DNA of 63,349 bases, the filler included, from Diploschistes diacapsis (lineage: Eukaryota), in assembly GCA_023645945.1 (NCBI GenBank). It is 19 parts of 19 records of this genome, joined end to end, with 100 filler letters (N's around TTAATTAATTAA, not from the genome) between each part and the next. Parts side by side here need not be neighbours in the genome. Positions count along the whole stretch, not along the records: positions 4,352 to 28,771 come from JALAIB010000239.1; 18 more parts are not named here. One strand, written 5' to 3'. A program made the translations under genes and the position numbers. Below are positions 10,822 to 23,387 of this stretch, one piece after another. The notes beneath the pieces are model-generated. The model was not told the origin of the DNA, searched no databases, and saw only the letters and a program-made list of their open reading frames with translations. Each line of letters opens with the position of its first letter. Position 1 is the first letter of the stretch.

Positions 10822-12005
10822 GAGGGGGGGGGGGGGTGGCTTCTTTTTTCCAGCTTGTGTGCTGTGCTGTACTGTACTACTACTACTACTACTACTACTA
10901 CTATCCCAGTTCCAGTGCTAGTTCTAGCAGATACTATTACGGGAGGTAAGAGGAAGGTACCGTTGCTGCTCCTGCGTTTTAGCGAGCATCTCTTGATACC
11001 CCTGGATACTATTAAGTGGCGCGATTAATAATACTTTGCTGGAGATTTCCCCCCCTTGATTATCTGGCCGGGCTTGGGCGACGATGACGACGACGACGAC
11101 GACGACGACGAGTAGCAATGGTGATGGGATTGGCTTGATGTGGTGCGTAGGACAAATCTCCGAAGGTGGCTGGCTATTGGTCTGTCAAAGTCTTTGTCTT
11201 CGTGAAAAAAAAAAAGTCTTCATAAGCAGGGGTAGGAGGATTCAGTTGCCATCAGAACACATGGAGACATTGGGAATGGCCTGAGCGGCTCATTAGACGC
11301 AAAGATCCACAGCCACCACCAAGAACGACAAAGGCAGTGGGACTGTATTGCATGATGTATTGATTATTGGTCTGGGGAGTACCATATGTCCGCAGTCCAG
11401 GGTACCTCTGTGATAAGGTTGTCGATAAAAATATGATATAGGAAAAACACGACTTCACAAGCTACTTGAGCAAGCTGCAAAAAGGCTTTTGAATATTATC
11501 ACCCTCTGTTTCTCCCTCCTTTTTTTCCTCCCTTTTTTTCCCCCTCAGATACCGTCTATTGAACCGTTCGGTTGCCCGCCGTTTTCTGTTTCCGTCCATC
11601 TATCCATTCGCGCCAGGAAATCCAGTAGTATGAGGAGCTCGAATCAACAAAGTCGTGGCAAGGTGCCAACCAGTAATTAAATGAGGAGCCCGGAAGCTGA
11701 TAGAGCAGAAAGTGAATGTGGTGAAGTAGAATCGAAATGGAAAAACCTTGCTCGCCAATCCGCTGGCGGGTTACCCAGGTTGCAATAGTAAAGTGCAGTA
11801 AGCCGCCCGTTGTCCGCCCGATGCACGCTTGCCCGAGAATTCAAAGATGAAAATGGAAAAGGGTGTGGGAGATGAAGGTCGTGGAAAGGGCCGCAAGCTC
11901 AGGCCTTCGGCGAAAAGTTAAAATGCCGAAAACGCCTGGTCTTGCAGTGTCTTGGTCCTGGAACTTCCATCTCTACTCTATGCCGCCTGCTGTGTGAGGG
12001 AGAGT

Positions 12006-12245
12006 CTAATCGCGGCCGCCGCGGGGCTTCCAGCTGACTGGGCTCGGCGGGGGCGGTGGTGGGTGCTGCATGCCTTGCTCGGAGCTGAAGTCGAGCGTTG
12101 AGAAGCGTGGCTGCGAGTCCTTGGGCTTGAGATAGGAGGACATATCGGTCGGCAAGGGATTTGAGAGAGGCGAGCTCTGGCTGTGGCGGCCGAGGTAGGG
12201 AGATGTGAGGTTCAAGGATGCAGATTCACCTTGGTTGTGAGGCAT
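12006..12245 (-). CDS. Possible small Ser/Pro-rich hypothetical protein (79 aa)
   Basis: ATG at 12245 (MPHNQGES...PPPPPPSPVSWKPRGGRD). The only support is a promoter-like pyrimidine-rich upstream region; no recognisable domain. Confidence 0.3.
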   Translation of the reverse strand: MPHNQGESASLNLTSPYLGRHSQSSPLSNPLPTDMSSYLKPKDSQPRFSTLDFSSEQGMQHPPPPPPSPVSWKPRGGRD

Positions 12246-13669
12246 CTTGAGTGAGTGATTTTTGAGAGGTAAAGAGCAGTTTCGAGAGGAAGATAGAATT
12301 TTGTTGGTTGAAAATTTCCGAGCAGGTCTTTTTGTTTGCGAGTGTGAAATTTTTAGGTGGAGTTTCTGTGCAACAAATCCGGTGGAGGAAGGAAGAAGTT
12401 CAAGTAGAGGTGAAGCTGCGGTAAGGCGAAAATTCTGTGTTCTAGTTGCGGCTGGAGTAGAGGAATGTGGAGTGAATGAATGAAAGTATAGAGGGTAGAA
12501 GCTTTCCAAGTGTCAGACTAAAAACAATTTGGTGGGGGGACAAGCAAGGAGTGTCACAAACCCTGGGTGTACGGGAATAGTCCAGATGATGCTCTCCAGC
12601 AATCAAGCTCTTTGTTAATATCCTGACTCTCCGGATGGTGGGTGACTCAAGCCCAAGTTGTGTATCGACTACAGCGTAGATAGCGTTGACATTAGTTCGG
12701 TAGATGTTGAGGTTGTGAGGTTAGAGGTGTGGAGCTCCCACTGAAGGGTAGTGGGTAGTATGGGGGTTTTGTTGAGTGAGGATGGAAGCTGAGTAGCTTG
12801 GTAGGTAGAATAGTAGATAAGGAGCGGGAGTTGAGCTCTTTTGAGTGTGTATGTTCAGTTGCCCTACGTACGTTCGTTCGTATGCTATGCTATGTTATGT
12901 TATGCTATGCTATGCTCGATGCTGTGGATGGACACAACGAGGGGAGTGAACAACGTTGAAGAGTGAAGAGAGTAACGAGTGATTAAAAAAAAGGATGAAT
13001 GAATGATGAATAGGATCTTTCACAGGGGACCTCAAGGGGGGGGGGCCTGGTGTTATTACTTATATATCTTTTCTGACTTGTCTGACAAACTCTCACGTTA
13101 TCTCTCTCTCGTGGAAAAATTGAAATAATTTTCAGCCGTGTTTTGAGTGTTTGGTGCGGACTCAGGTCCTTAACCTAACGGTTATTTGTTAGTTCCAACA
13201 GTGTGTATAATTTTATATAATTGGTATAATTGGTATAATTTTGTGCAGAAAATACTGGGCAGATTCCCACCTAATCCCACCTGCTCCCCCATTCTCATCC
13301 CATCCTCATCCCATTCTATCCCATTCCAGCTCGTTCCATCCCATTCCATCCCATCCCATCCCACAACTGCGTGGGGAAACAGTTAGCGAGATTATATATA
13401 TGCAGGCTAGGCATAGACAACAGGTAATGCAGCTGCAGGGCATGCCCAAGCAAGCAGCCGATCAAGTTTTGACAGTTTATCTTTATCTTTATAGCCGAAC
13501 ACGAGATACTTATACTAATAATACAGCCGTTGCAAATTGCGGGGTAAAGCTCCCCTTGTTTCCCTCCCTCGTTTTCCCTCCCTCTCTGTAGAGCCACGCG
13601 ACGGAACGCAAGAATTTCAGATTAAGTTGCTGCCTACCTTATCACGTCATCACATGATAATCCACTACT

Positions 13670-13810
13670 TTCTATCTCTCTCTCTCTCTCTCTCTCCCTC
13701 TCCCCCTCTCTCCCTCTCTCTCTTTCTCTCTCTCTTTCTCTCTTCACCGCCCGCCCCTTCCCACTTCCTCTTTTTCCTCTTTCCCTTCTTCTCTCTCTTC
13801 TCTTCACTCC
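13670..13810 (+). promoter_or_regulatory. CT-rich polypyrimidine tract, probable core promoter/TSS region
   Basis: About 140 nt almost entirely C/T including (CT)n. It is followed by an intron-like segment 13890-13933 (GTAAGC...CAG). Confidence 0.45.
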
Positions 13811-16051
13811 TGCCGTCTAACATCTCACCTCACAACTTGAGATGCTACTTCAGCTTCAGTGGTATAGGACCCGTTCACACTATGGTTTCGTAAGCCTTGT
13901 GCTTCATCTGATAGCTGAGAAACACACACACAGAAGGGTTATTACGGAGTTCTCAGCTGCCTGCCGGAACGCTGGACTTTTCTCTGTCAATACCATATCT
14001 TACAAATCTCACAAACCTTAACGGGGACTCGCCTGCGGAGCATGCCCTGATGTGAAGTTCTTTACTCTATGGCCAGAGAGAGAGACTTTTATACGGTCTG
14101 TGTCCATGCTTTCAACAGCGTAGTAACACTCGCCTCTTGCCCGTCCTTTGTTTTCTACCTCTTTCTCGAGCATTGTCGTTTAGCGCAATCTTTCCCAAGT
14201 TCCTCACAGCTCAATTCTATTCTCCCATAACTAACGGCGTCTTGATATTTTGTTTACGTTAGAAAAACGTGGGAACTTTTTGGGTATGATCGAAAGTGTC
14301 CAATTCTCGGGCAACAAGGGAGTGCTTTCAATATACGATTCCTGCTAAACACAAGAAGGCAATGCTTTGCTACGTTGAATTTCAAGTCTCTCAAGTGTGC
14401 CCGACACACCAACGGATCAATTACTTCAACGCACGGAATGCCGATAGTCGAGAAAAAGAAGCCTATATATTGAAGGGCTGCTCTACAATGGATATGGCTA
14501 CCTCGCCCGAGCATTATACACTCACGATGATTGCAGAGCCTCCATAGTCCACAGCTTATGGCATGAGATGTTCACAAAACCTGTAACTGATACCAGGCCA
14601 GGCCAGACCCGTTGTTTGGTGGTCTTGCAGCAAATATTACTCTCAGCCAGATCTGAGGGCATTGTAGCCTGGGGGTATGCCGAACGGTCCATTCCGTGCA
14701 AAACCTTTCTTCCCCCTTTGAGATTTGTGCGGGGCTTTCCTTGTCGAACTCAGAAGAACAAAAGAGGCACAATTTCCCTCACGGATATCTCAGACTGTGG
14801 AATGACAGGCATCAAACAATCTCTGACTTGATCCCTCAACTGTTTGCGCCCGCCCCAAGCTGCCCTCAATGCCTATCATGCAATTGCATTTGAGCAAGTG
14901 TTGCCATTTCCCACCGCAGTGACACAGACTCGGCTCGTTCTTGAAGATCCGAGCTCAATGACCCTTTGTGAGACCATCCCAGTTCCTGCACAACATTTCT
15001 AAAGACCTTTGAGAGGGTAGCTCTGTGGTGCCAGTCCTTATCAGGCGTCGTCACCAGCCTGCTCATCAGTGGTTCGTGTTCCTACAGATGGGTTCGTCCC
15101 AAACCATTCTGATGATCCTGTGGAGGCCAGATCTACTCGTGTCGTATGGCCATGCAGATAGCGGTTGAGAGAGGCTGGTTGCGGCAGATTTTTCAACCTG
15201 TGTCCACCTTGTTCGCCTGGATCAGGAACATTCCACGAGCCTAGGAATGTCTTTTCATTAGTCTTGATTCACCCGACGTGAAGGTCAATACAATACCTAG
15301 GTTCCGAAGGAGACTATACTTCGGCGATGTAACGTACCCACACCAGCGACGAGAAGCCATTGAGCAAGGTGTGTTGCCCCATGTTGTGCCACAACGTTCC
15401 TGGCGCGTGGCTGTCTGACTCGTCCTCTGCCTTATATCCCCGAGACTGGATCCCGTTGGTAAGAACAATATATAAGCCATACGCTCTATTGCACCTGCGT
15501 TCTTGCTCCATACATGGTTATGCCGTGATTCCAAATTGGTCAGGATTGCCTCCCGCGATATGGAGTTGGGCGCAGCCTTACTGCAGCTTGCCGTTACTAA
15601 ACCGCGTGAGTTGGTAACTCAAAGGCTCTTCTTGGTGAGGCTTCCTCGGTCAGCCAATAAAAGATCAGACACGGCCGAATCTATTCAACATCTCAGGCCC
15701 CCGGTACTTCATAAGCTTATTTGAAGCTTATGGATACTGGGGTTACCAGCGAAGCACGTCTCTGAGAATACAACGACGACATTCGATCCTACAGAAACCC
15801 AATCAATACGCTAGCTCCGTCCTGTACGATGATCTTGATGGTTTCGTGGTGGCTCGTTTGTCCAAGAGTATGAACGGTCGGAATAGAGCGGCAATGGTGT
15901 AGGGTATTTAATGGATGGAGATTTCTCTTTCGAATCAGATTCTTCTTTCACAACCCCACTTACATGGGACATTAGTCTTGAGGGACCCGTCTGGTTCTTC
16001 CACCATTGCCAGCCCTGAAAAACTGGCCCAAGGTCAAGTATCTATCTAACA

Positions 16052-16742
16052 ATGTCTGCAAAGCCTGAAGTAAGACAAGACTTCCAGAAAGCGTGGGGAC
16101 ATCTGTTGATGTATGCAACTGACCACTAATAGATTATCTCCGAGCCGGGTGCTGTACTCATTCGAGAAGCTGGCGTAGCTGGCTCTGCTTCTAAGGTATG
16201 AGTTTGGTGGGTCTGCACAGCAAAATCTCTAACAATGTTAGGACAGTGGAGGTACCGCAACGGATCTGCCCAGTGGCCAACGTATTGATGAAGATTCACC
16301 CCAGGGCGAAGTTGCATCAGTAGTTCGAATGGACAACGAAGCGGGCAATGGCTCGAAGAGTACCACTGTTCCACGTTCTGGTGCTACCAACACACTGGCT
16401 TCCCACGTTGCCGCCGCCGAGGACGAGGCGCTGAAGGAAGCTAGTCGGCGGAACAGAACCGCCACAGACCTACCGGCAATCCAGCGATTTGTACGGGAGA
16501 ACACGGACGATTACCCATGGAAGAGGAACCTCCAAGGAGTCAGTTTGCCCGGGTGTGATTCTCAAGCGTATGTGGATCCACCTGGCACATCCTTGAACGT
16601 TGGCTGTGGCTCTATCAGCTCGCTTGACTTGGCCGCCCACGACAACGGGAGCTCGTCCAGCCTAGCTGATGGCAGTAATGGCTCGAGCAATGGACATCTG
16701 ACCGGCCCGTACCAGGGAATGACAGAAGAATGCCGAGCCTAG
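16052..16742 (+). CDS. Orphan hypothetical protein (193 aa); exons 16052-16069, 16133-16195, 16242-16742
   Basis: Two canonical introns (GTAAGA...CTGAC...TAG; GTATGA...CTAAC...TAG) join in frame with the 137-aa ORF: MSAKPE|IISEPG...SASK|DSGGTATDLP... Confidence 0.7.
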
Positions 16743-17884
16743 AGCTCATATCTGAAGAGAACAGGCCATACTTCAACATCTGGCTTGCCGTTATGTGGCT
16801 ATCCTCCCCAAGCAGCAACCTTACGCTTTCTCAAGGTAGTTGCACGTTCTTTGTTAAGACTCTGTTGCAGAACATCCGTTTGGAAGAGTATTGCCCATCT
16901 CACAACGGGGTTATGCTATCCCATGGCGAAAAAATGGAATGTACACGCTTCGACCCAATCTTTTAGATCATCTTTCTTAGAAATCAAGAAAGCTGCCCGC
17001 CCGCACTACTGATCGTCTCTTGATGGCCTTCTTTCCCGATCATCTGAATTTGGCTTTTGAATGTATCTCTCGTCGTCTCCAATCTTTTGTCATTTACGTT
17101 TGTGATGCTTCTCATGGCTAGTTCAGCCATGAGCGTAGCAGCCGCAATACGGTGAGACCCCGTGGATGTTGGAAGATCGCTTGTACTCGGAGCCATACTT
17201 ATCAGCTGTTGTTGGTAGATGTAATGTGAATTCTTTCCTCTTATCATGCTTGGTATCTAATCGAGGCATGGTTTTTCCCTCGGAATCGCTTGCTCTTTCC
17301 GGAATCGGGTCCACTCTCTCCATTTTGGAGCCAGTCCTATTCATACATCGAGACATAAAGATTCACCAGGAGCAAATCGCGCTTGGAACCGACAGGCTTT
17401 GGCTGAAGACTACGAAGCGTGACAGACACCTGGCCCCTTCTGAGCTACTTGTAGCGAACAAACCCATGTTGTACTTGTATCGGTTTTTCCATACCTTTCC
17501 CTCCTCTGTGTCTAATGGGTGGAAATCATTATGGTCGTTCCCCTTCTTGGAACACTATGCCGCTACCTACCAGTCTGTCCGAAGAGTCTGAACCACACAG
17601 CATTCATTCCCGCTCACCTCTCCGATCTGATCCCGAAGGCGGAGGTGCACGCGAGCTTTGTGTCTTCTTTTGTTCAAAGGCGTAAAGGTGACCTTGCAGA
17701 ACGCGTCCTGAAAGGGGCAAAAGCGCGTGCATCTTGTTCCACTAGCGCGATTGCTTCTTCCCCTTTGCTTCTACAGCTGCAGTTATTCGTCCATCTCTTG
17801 TACCTTGTTTGCATCTTCCATTTGCTTTAGGCTGTTCGCTCGTTATCTCTGTCTCGGAGCTTTATTTTCTCAGCAGCTGACTAG

Positions 17885-19965
17885 ATGGTCGAAATGGACT
17901 CTTCCAATCACAATTACCGCATGCGCGACGTTGCTGGCTATGCAGGTACCAACCCTAATGATGACCGCGGTGAAGGCGATGATTCCCACAGCGGCGGTTC
18001 TAATATACATGATGGCTTTGATCCCGATATCTATGAGGCGGAGAGCGAACAGGAGATTTCAGGCCTTCCAATTCACCTAAATAGCGGCACCCAGCCAAAT
18101 CATGCAATCACGACCACGACCACCACCGGTGGAAATTATCCTCTCCTCGAGCGCGATGGACCGGTATATCGAATATTCGAGTCGGTCGTCACGCAACATG
18201 CTCTTCCGACGCTAGAAGTTATGGCTAGAGTGCCGCTTTTTACTGCTCGCGGGTTCACTTTTCCGACCGGCATCGAGGTAAACAGTGGCACAATGGACAG
18301 AACCGCCGGCCACATCCTTATCCCGCACAGTCGCGGACCAGAGCTATACCCCCCTTTCGCTACTGGCTTCAGATTCCCGCCCCTCGAAGATGCTGCGGCC
18401 CAGAATTCGCGTACCGCTCGAAGCCGTTTCCCTCTAGCTGCTGGTATCAGTCTCCCCCTTGTTGCCACCTCCGGTCGCGCAACTATTCATACCAACACCG
18501 CTGGCATTGTTAATGCTTTCCCAAATCTCAGCCAGGCCAATACCACTGCCAACGCTGCCACGACCACCAGCAACGCTCTTTTGCCAGGACAAGCCCTGAC
18601 TACTGCCGGTAAAACTACCACTCCCAACCACGGTAGCCGCAGTGCCCACGCAAGAGTACCAACTCCCGCAGCTGTTCAATACTATCCTCGCGCAATCAAC
18701 CGAGACATCTCCAAAGCTTTCACGTCAACCGCCGAAGAGCGGGCCAGAGAGGCCGCAGCGATCTCGGTACAACCGGGAAATGTTTTCAAGCTCGATGAGT
18801 TCGAGGGTGTACCTCTCAGCAGCTCTCCTCCGGGTAGCGAACGTCTCAACAACGTCCGTCCAATGACATCCAGCCTTGCATCCGACACTCAAGCCTTTGG
18901 TAGCTTCACTACTGCTGGCTATTCCGGTATCGGCTCCTACGATTCGGGTCTCGATAGCTTTGACGCACGCCAAACCAGCGCTGTCACTGCAGAAAGTGAG
19001 ATCAGCAACTTCAATGCGATCGCCGAGGGTAATGCCAATGACCACGATGAAACGTGCACCAAGACCCCCTTTCCCACACCCGTCATGGCTTACTCCGCCA
19101 TCATCAACAGCCGTACGCTAGGGCTGAACGAGAACCCCAACATCGGGATCAACTACGTCTGGGAGCCGAAGGCCATTGAAGGTCTTTGCAGTGGAGGTGA
19201 TGTGTTTGGCCTCGGGATGGATTACGATGAGGAGGGGCCGCAGCAGCAGAGGGAGGCTACCGAGAGCAGAGACGAGGCCGATGCTGACGCCGGTGAGCTT
19301 ACTGGCGAAGATGTCGACGAGCACTACAAGGAGATGGAAATGGTCTCTGGCAATACCAGAGTGTTCCGTAGCACTACACCCCCGATATTTGTTCCCAATA
19401 CCAAGTGGGCTCTTCCGGTCGTTCGTGTAAGTTCTAGTTTGGAAAGGTTGAGAAGCGCTTTTGGGATGATTGATCGCGGACAGGTGAAGAGCCCTCGGAA
19501 TGTGCCTAACTTGGCTGGATTGACAGTCGGTGGCGAGAGCTCTCGCTCTCAGGAGAAGTCTGGCGGTGGACTCAGGGGTGGGATCGGCAAGATCATGAGG
19601 CGCATTAGGGGCAAGAATAATACTGGGGAAGCGTCTGGTGCTGGGGAAGCGTCTACCAAGAAAGGTGAGTACAGCCTCAAACTGAGCCATTTGGGAAAAG
19701 ATATAGGCCAACCAGGCACCACAGACGAGCCAACCCATACCGAATGCGCCTGCTGCCATTATCCTCTAGCGGTCCCCAATCAGAAGATTATCCTGCACTG
19801 CTGCAAGGCTGCCGTGCATGTATCATGCTATTGCCTTGTAAGTTGATCCACGATATAATGAGGGCGAGGAGGGGAGTTGCTAAGTATGTGAGTCTGTATA
19901 GGGACTGGACCTTGGCAAGGGCAGCTTTATATGCCCCATCTGCGACCAGGAGCCGGTTGTTATGT

Positions 19966-20006
<41 letters not shown>

Positions 20007-20042
20007 GAGGGTGGCCTTGAGGGGGCTGCGGAAGGGGCTTGA
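17885..20042 (+). CDS. Hypothetical protein (697 aa) with C-terminal PHD/RING-variant zinc finger; exons 17885-19837, 19902-20042
   Basis: Intron 19838-19901 (GTAAGT...TAG) completes CACC-x14-CCKAAVHVSC-YCLGLDLGKGSFI-CPIC, followed by a D11 acidic tail. Confidence 0.8.
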
Positions 20043-21801
20043 GCAGTTTTGTCTAGTTTTGTGGAAGTTGAGGGGGCTCCGAGGGGGGAGCATTAGGCTC
20101 TCGAAGGGTAGATAGAGGGGATGGGATGAATTAAAGGGGGAGAGGTTATCTCGGAAACGCCCGCTTTTTTATTAATGTGCTCTGATGATCGTGATGGTTT
20201 TCAGCGATCTGGTTAAGGATGGAGAATCGCTAGCTCCTAGCTGTTGGCCAATACAATACCAACGAAAGTGTACCCTGATGTCCTGGGTAATGCCACACGG
20301 AAAATGTTCCCCAACAATCAGAGACACGGCAGCCTACTACCTGTTTACGTAAATACGGCCGAAGCACCTCCCTCCCAGCTCTTTTTCCCAAGCAACAGCC
20401 AGCCATACCTTCATTCTATATCCTTTTTGCTTGTAGAATATCGCCCCATTCTTTTTTACCCAAAGACCTACTAATATCATGCAGGCGTCTGCGTGGCTGT
20501 CTGACCGCATGCACATAACCGAAGTACGGCAACTAGCAGTTAGTCGTATCATGATCAATGGATCTTTGGGTTGTGCAGCTGGGCGACAAGCCGAGATTTA
20601 GTTGCGGGCGCCGTCATCGACTTCTTCTTCTGAGCGGATTGAACAGTGATTGGACAGTGATTGAATAGCGATTGCTCCCCTGATTAGCTGGCAATCGATT
20701 GTTTCTTACTTCTTGTAGTATTTTTGCCGGCGGCCGTGAGTTGATTCTCCTCTGTTTTATCATGTTAAAAACCTGATAGTAGCTCATCCTTTGTCATCGT
20801 CTCGTGGCTTTCAAGTCTCTAGCTCAACCCATGTGTTGTTAGCATAAATCCTGGCGGTAACGACACCTGGGCGGCAGATTAAATAGCAATTGCTCCCCAC
20901 TTACATATAGTCCAGCCATCAACTACTTTTGTATTCGATACTCCTTTGCCCCTGCAGACGTTTATCTCGCTTGCCTGGGATACTCAAAGGCCTTCCCAGC
21001 TCCGAAAGTCCCGTACAGAGATACCGGCCATTGGTATTAAAGTGATTCCCTGACTCTATTCGTTGGGTACATTGTTGTTGGGGGATTCTGTTCTGACCAT
21101 TTGAGACCCCATGGTAGAGTCTCGTTCGTTGTGTTTGCTGGGAATAATTGAATATCTTTGAGCCTCAGCGATAGGATGGGGAGCGATGGTAGACTGCAAG
21201 TGGTTTTGGGTATCGAGCGTTAGGTTAGAAATTTTTTGGCTTTTCTAATGGAACACACGAAACGATAACCATGCTTCAAAACGGCTTGGGAAGGGGGGCT
21301 TGATCGGAAGGTAGTAGGACGGGCCAGCATACCCAGCAGGTTGATGGGGATTTGTTTGATGCCGAACTGTGCATCCCCCCCCTTTATACTTCTGTCCTAG
21401 ACTCAAAGGAATAAAAGCTGGCGTTACTCGAATGGGCCCGTTCCTTCCTTTCTCAAAACTACACCAAAACATCAATATCGTTGGGAACCCAAATCCTTGG
21501 GGCTGTTAGGACCATAAGATACAGAGGTGGTATAACTCCGTCACTGGCACTGCTCCAAAAGATAAATTCTAAAAAGGAGGAATTACCAGCTACCTGTAGA
21601 GAAATCTGGACTTGACCCTTGGAAGCGTTTGTGTTCCATTACATATGTTTGCCCTTTGTGTAGGAGGTGCAGAGCATAGATCAGCGAATGTAGTGAAGAG
21701 GTAATTCAAGATTACATTTTTCTCTTGAACATACTAGAATCTTTGTTTCCCTCTCGAGATTTTCAAAACAGCCGACCTTCATCTAGGATTCTCGAGACAT
21801 C

Positions 21802-22712
21802 ATGGCAGACGAAAGCTCTATTGTACCTTATCTTCCTAATCTTCCAGACCTACCAGACTCTTCGGCCCCGAGCACTGCCCTCCTCAGAGACGTCGGTACA
21901 GAACAGACCGGAACCGAGGCCAAAGAAGAGATTGAGAACGTAGAAAATGTGGAAGATATACTATTGGTGGACCAAGCGGAAGAGGAACAGTCCGAAAGTG
22001 AGTTATCGATAAATACTGACAGGCCGTCACCAGAACCTAATACCAATCTCAGGCTCTCTATCGGCTCCGGATCCGGACGACGAAAAGCAAGATCCAGATT
22101 GGAAGGTTGCCGCCCCCAAGGATCTGGCTTCGCCACCGTCAGAGAACACCCGCAAGCGCGCGCGCGCCAGCAACGGCAGCAATGGCACACCAGCTAAGCG
22201 CCAGAAGGGCTCGGCCAAGACGCGCGAACTCGAAAGGCGCTTGAGAGCGATGGAGGGTTCCATGGACGATGCTGGTAGCAGAGCGCCTCGTCGCAGTACT
22301 AGGGGCCAGGGAAAGCCGTCTGGCAAAGCGACCGTCGCTGCGAAGTTCGAAGGTCGGTCACTTGCTCATACATGCGCCGTGCCGAGGGGTGCTCATGGGG
22401 CCTTTTTCTTCTTCTCTAGAGTACGAAAGCATCAATTCGGATCGCAGGGTGTGCTATGACTGCTACAAGGAGGAGGAGCACAATACGGAGTTCATGCTCA
22501 GTCACTGCTGGAAGCATCCGTGGTGGGAGATGATTGCGGATGGCAGCGTAAGTTGTTTCCTTTTCTTTTCAAGACGATGATGCCAAGTAAGATTTCTCTC
22601 GTGGCTGATGTGCTTTGTCTTTGTCCAGTGCGAGACGTGCGGAAGCGAGAAGCAGGAGATCGTCTGGGGCATACAAGCTCTGAGGGCTCGTGGGCGCATG
22701 GACGTTCGATGA
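21802..22712 (+). CDS. Orphan nuclear-type protein (235 aa) with C-terminal Cys/His cluster; exons 21802-21997, 22053-22352, 22420-22547, 22629-22712
   Basis: Three GT-AG introns (55, 67, 81 nt) with branch-like sites (CTAAT, CTCAT, CTGAT) stitch four frames into one 708-nt ORF. Confidence 0.75.
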
Positions 22713-23387
22713 TGTTCTCTTGCGGCACCGACACGATTCATGGCGATCATTCAGCGACAAGGACGTGGTGGAGAGCATTGTGAGATCTCTCTCTCTCAGA
22801 CTTGGGAGGCCGTGCAGCGTCTGCTTTTACAAGATGTGAGATTGTAGAATAGCAAAGACCCCCTACCCCTTTATGGGTGACTCCCAAACTGCGGTTCTAT
22901 GTTCTATGGCGTATGCTAGTGTGTCCTTATCTCGGATGAAGACTTTCGGCCTGGATGGTCTGGTCCGAGCCCGAAACTGCGAGATGCGACATTCCCTGTC
23001 GGAGCGTGGACGCTAGTTAGTAATAGAACTATATTGCATCAACAGCAAGTCATCATCTTTGGTAGACTACTCGCAACTGCGTTGGTGGCACCAAGTGCCT
23101 TTGGGTTATAGAGTTATAGTCCTATAGATAAGGCGAGCAGTTATAAGGCGAGAGCAGTTATAAGAAAGTCTCTGCACTCGTTCTTCGGCCTCGGAGGGTG
23201 CGAAGTCCGACTTTCGATATCATGATGCAATTCTCATCTTATATATGTTTTTTTTTTTCCACAGACGGTATTCAACTATGCTTCGATGCGCATCTCTTTG
23301 TTCTGTTCTTTTCTTTTCACGTAGAAAATCATGATCATGCGTTTCCTATGATTCCATCCGCCCTTCCATCAGCCCTCCAAAGTCCCA

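Noticed and set aside
10860..13365. Microsatellites (TAC)n, (GAC)n, (TATGC)n, (CCCAT)n and the short ORFs they create
   Set aside because: Ordinary simple repeats in intergenic or UTR DNA.
13800..16000. Candidate telomerase RNA, TPP riboswitch or snoRNA in the long ORF-poor region
   Set aside because: I found no TAACCCTAA template, no TPP aptamer core and no well-paired C/D boxes by eye.
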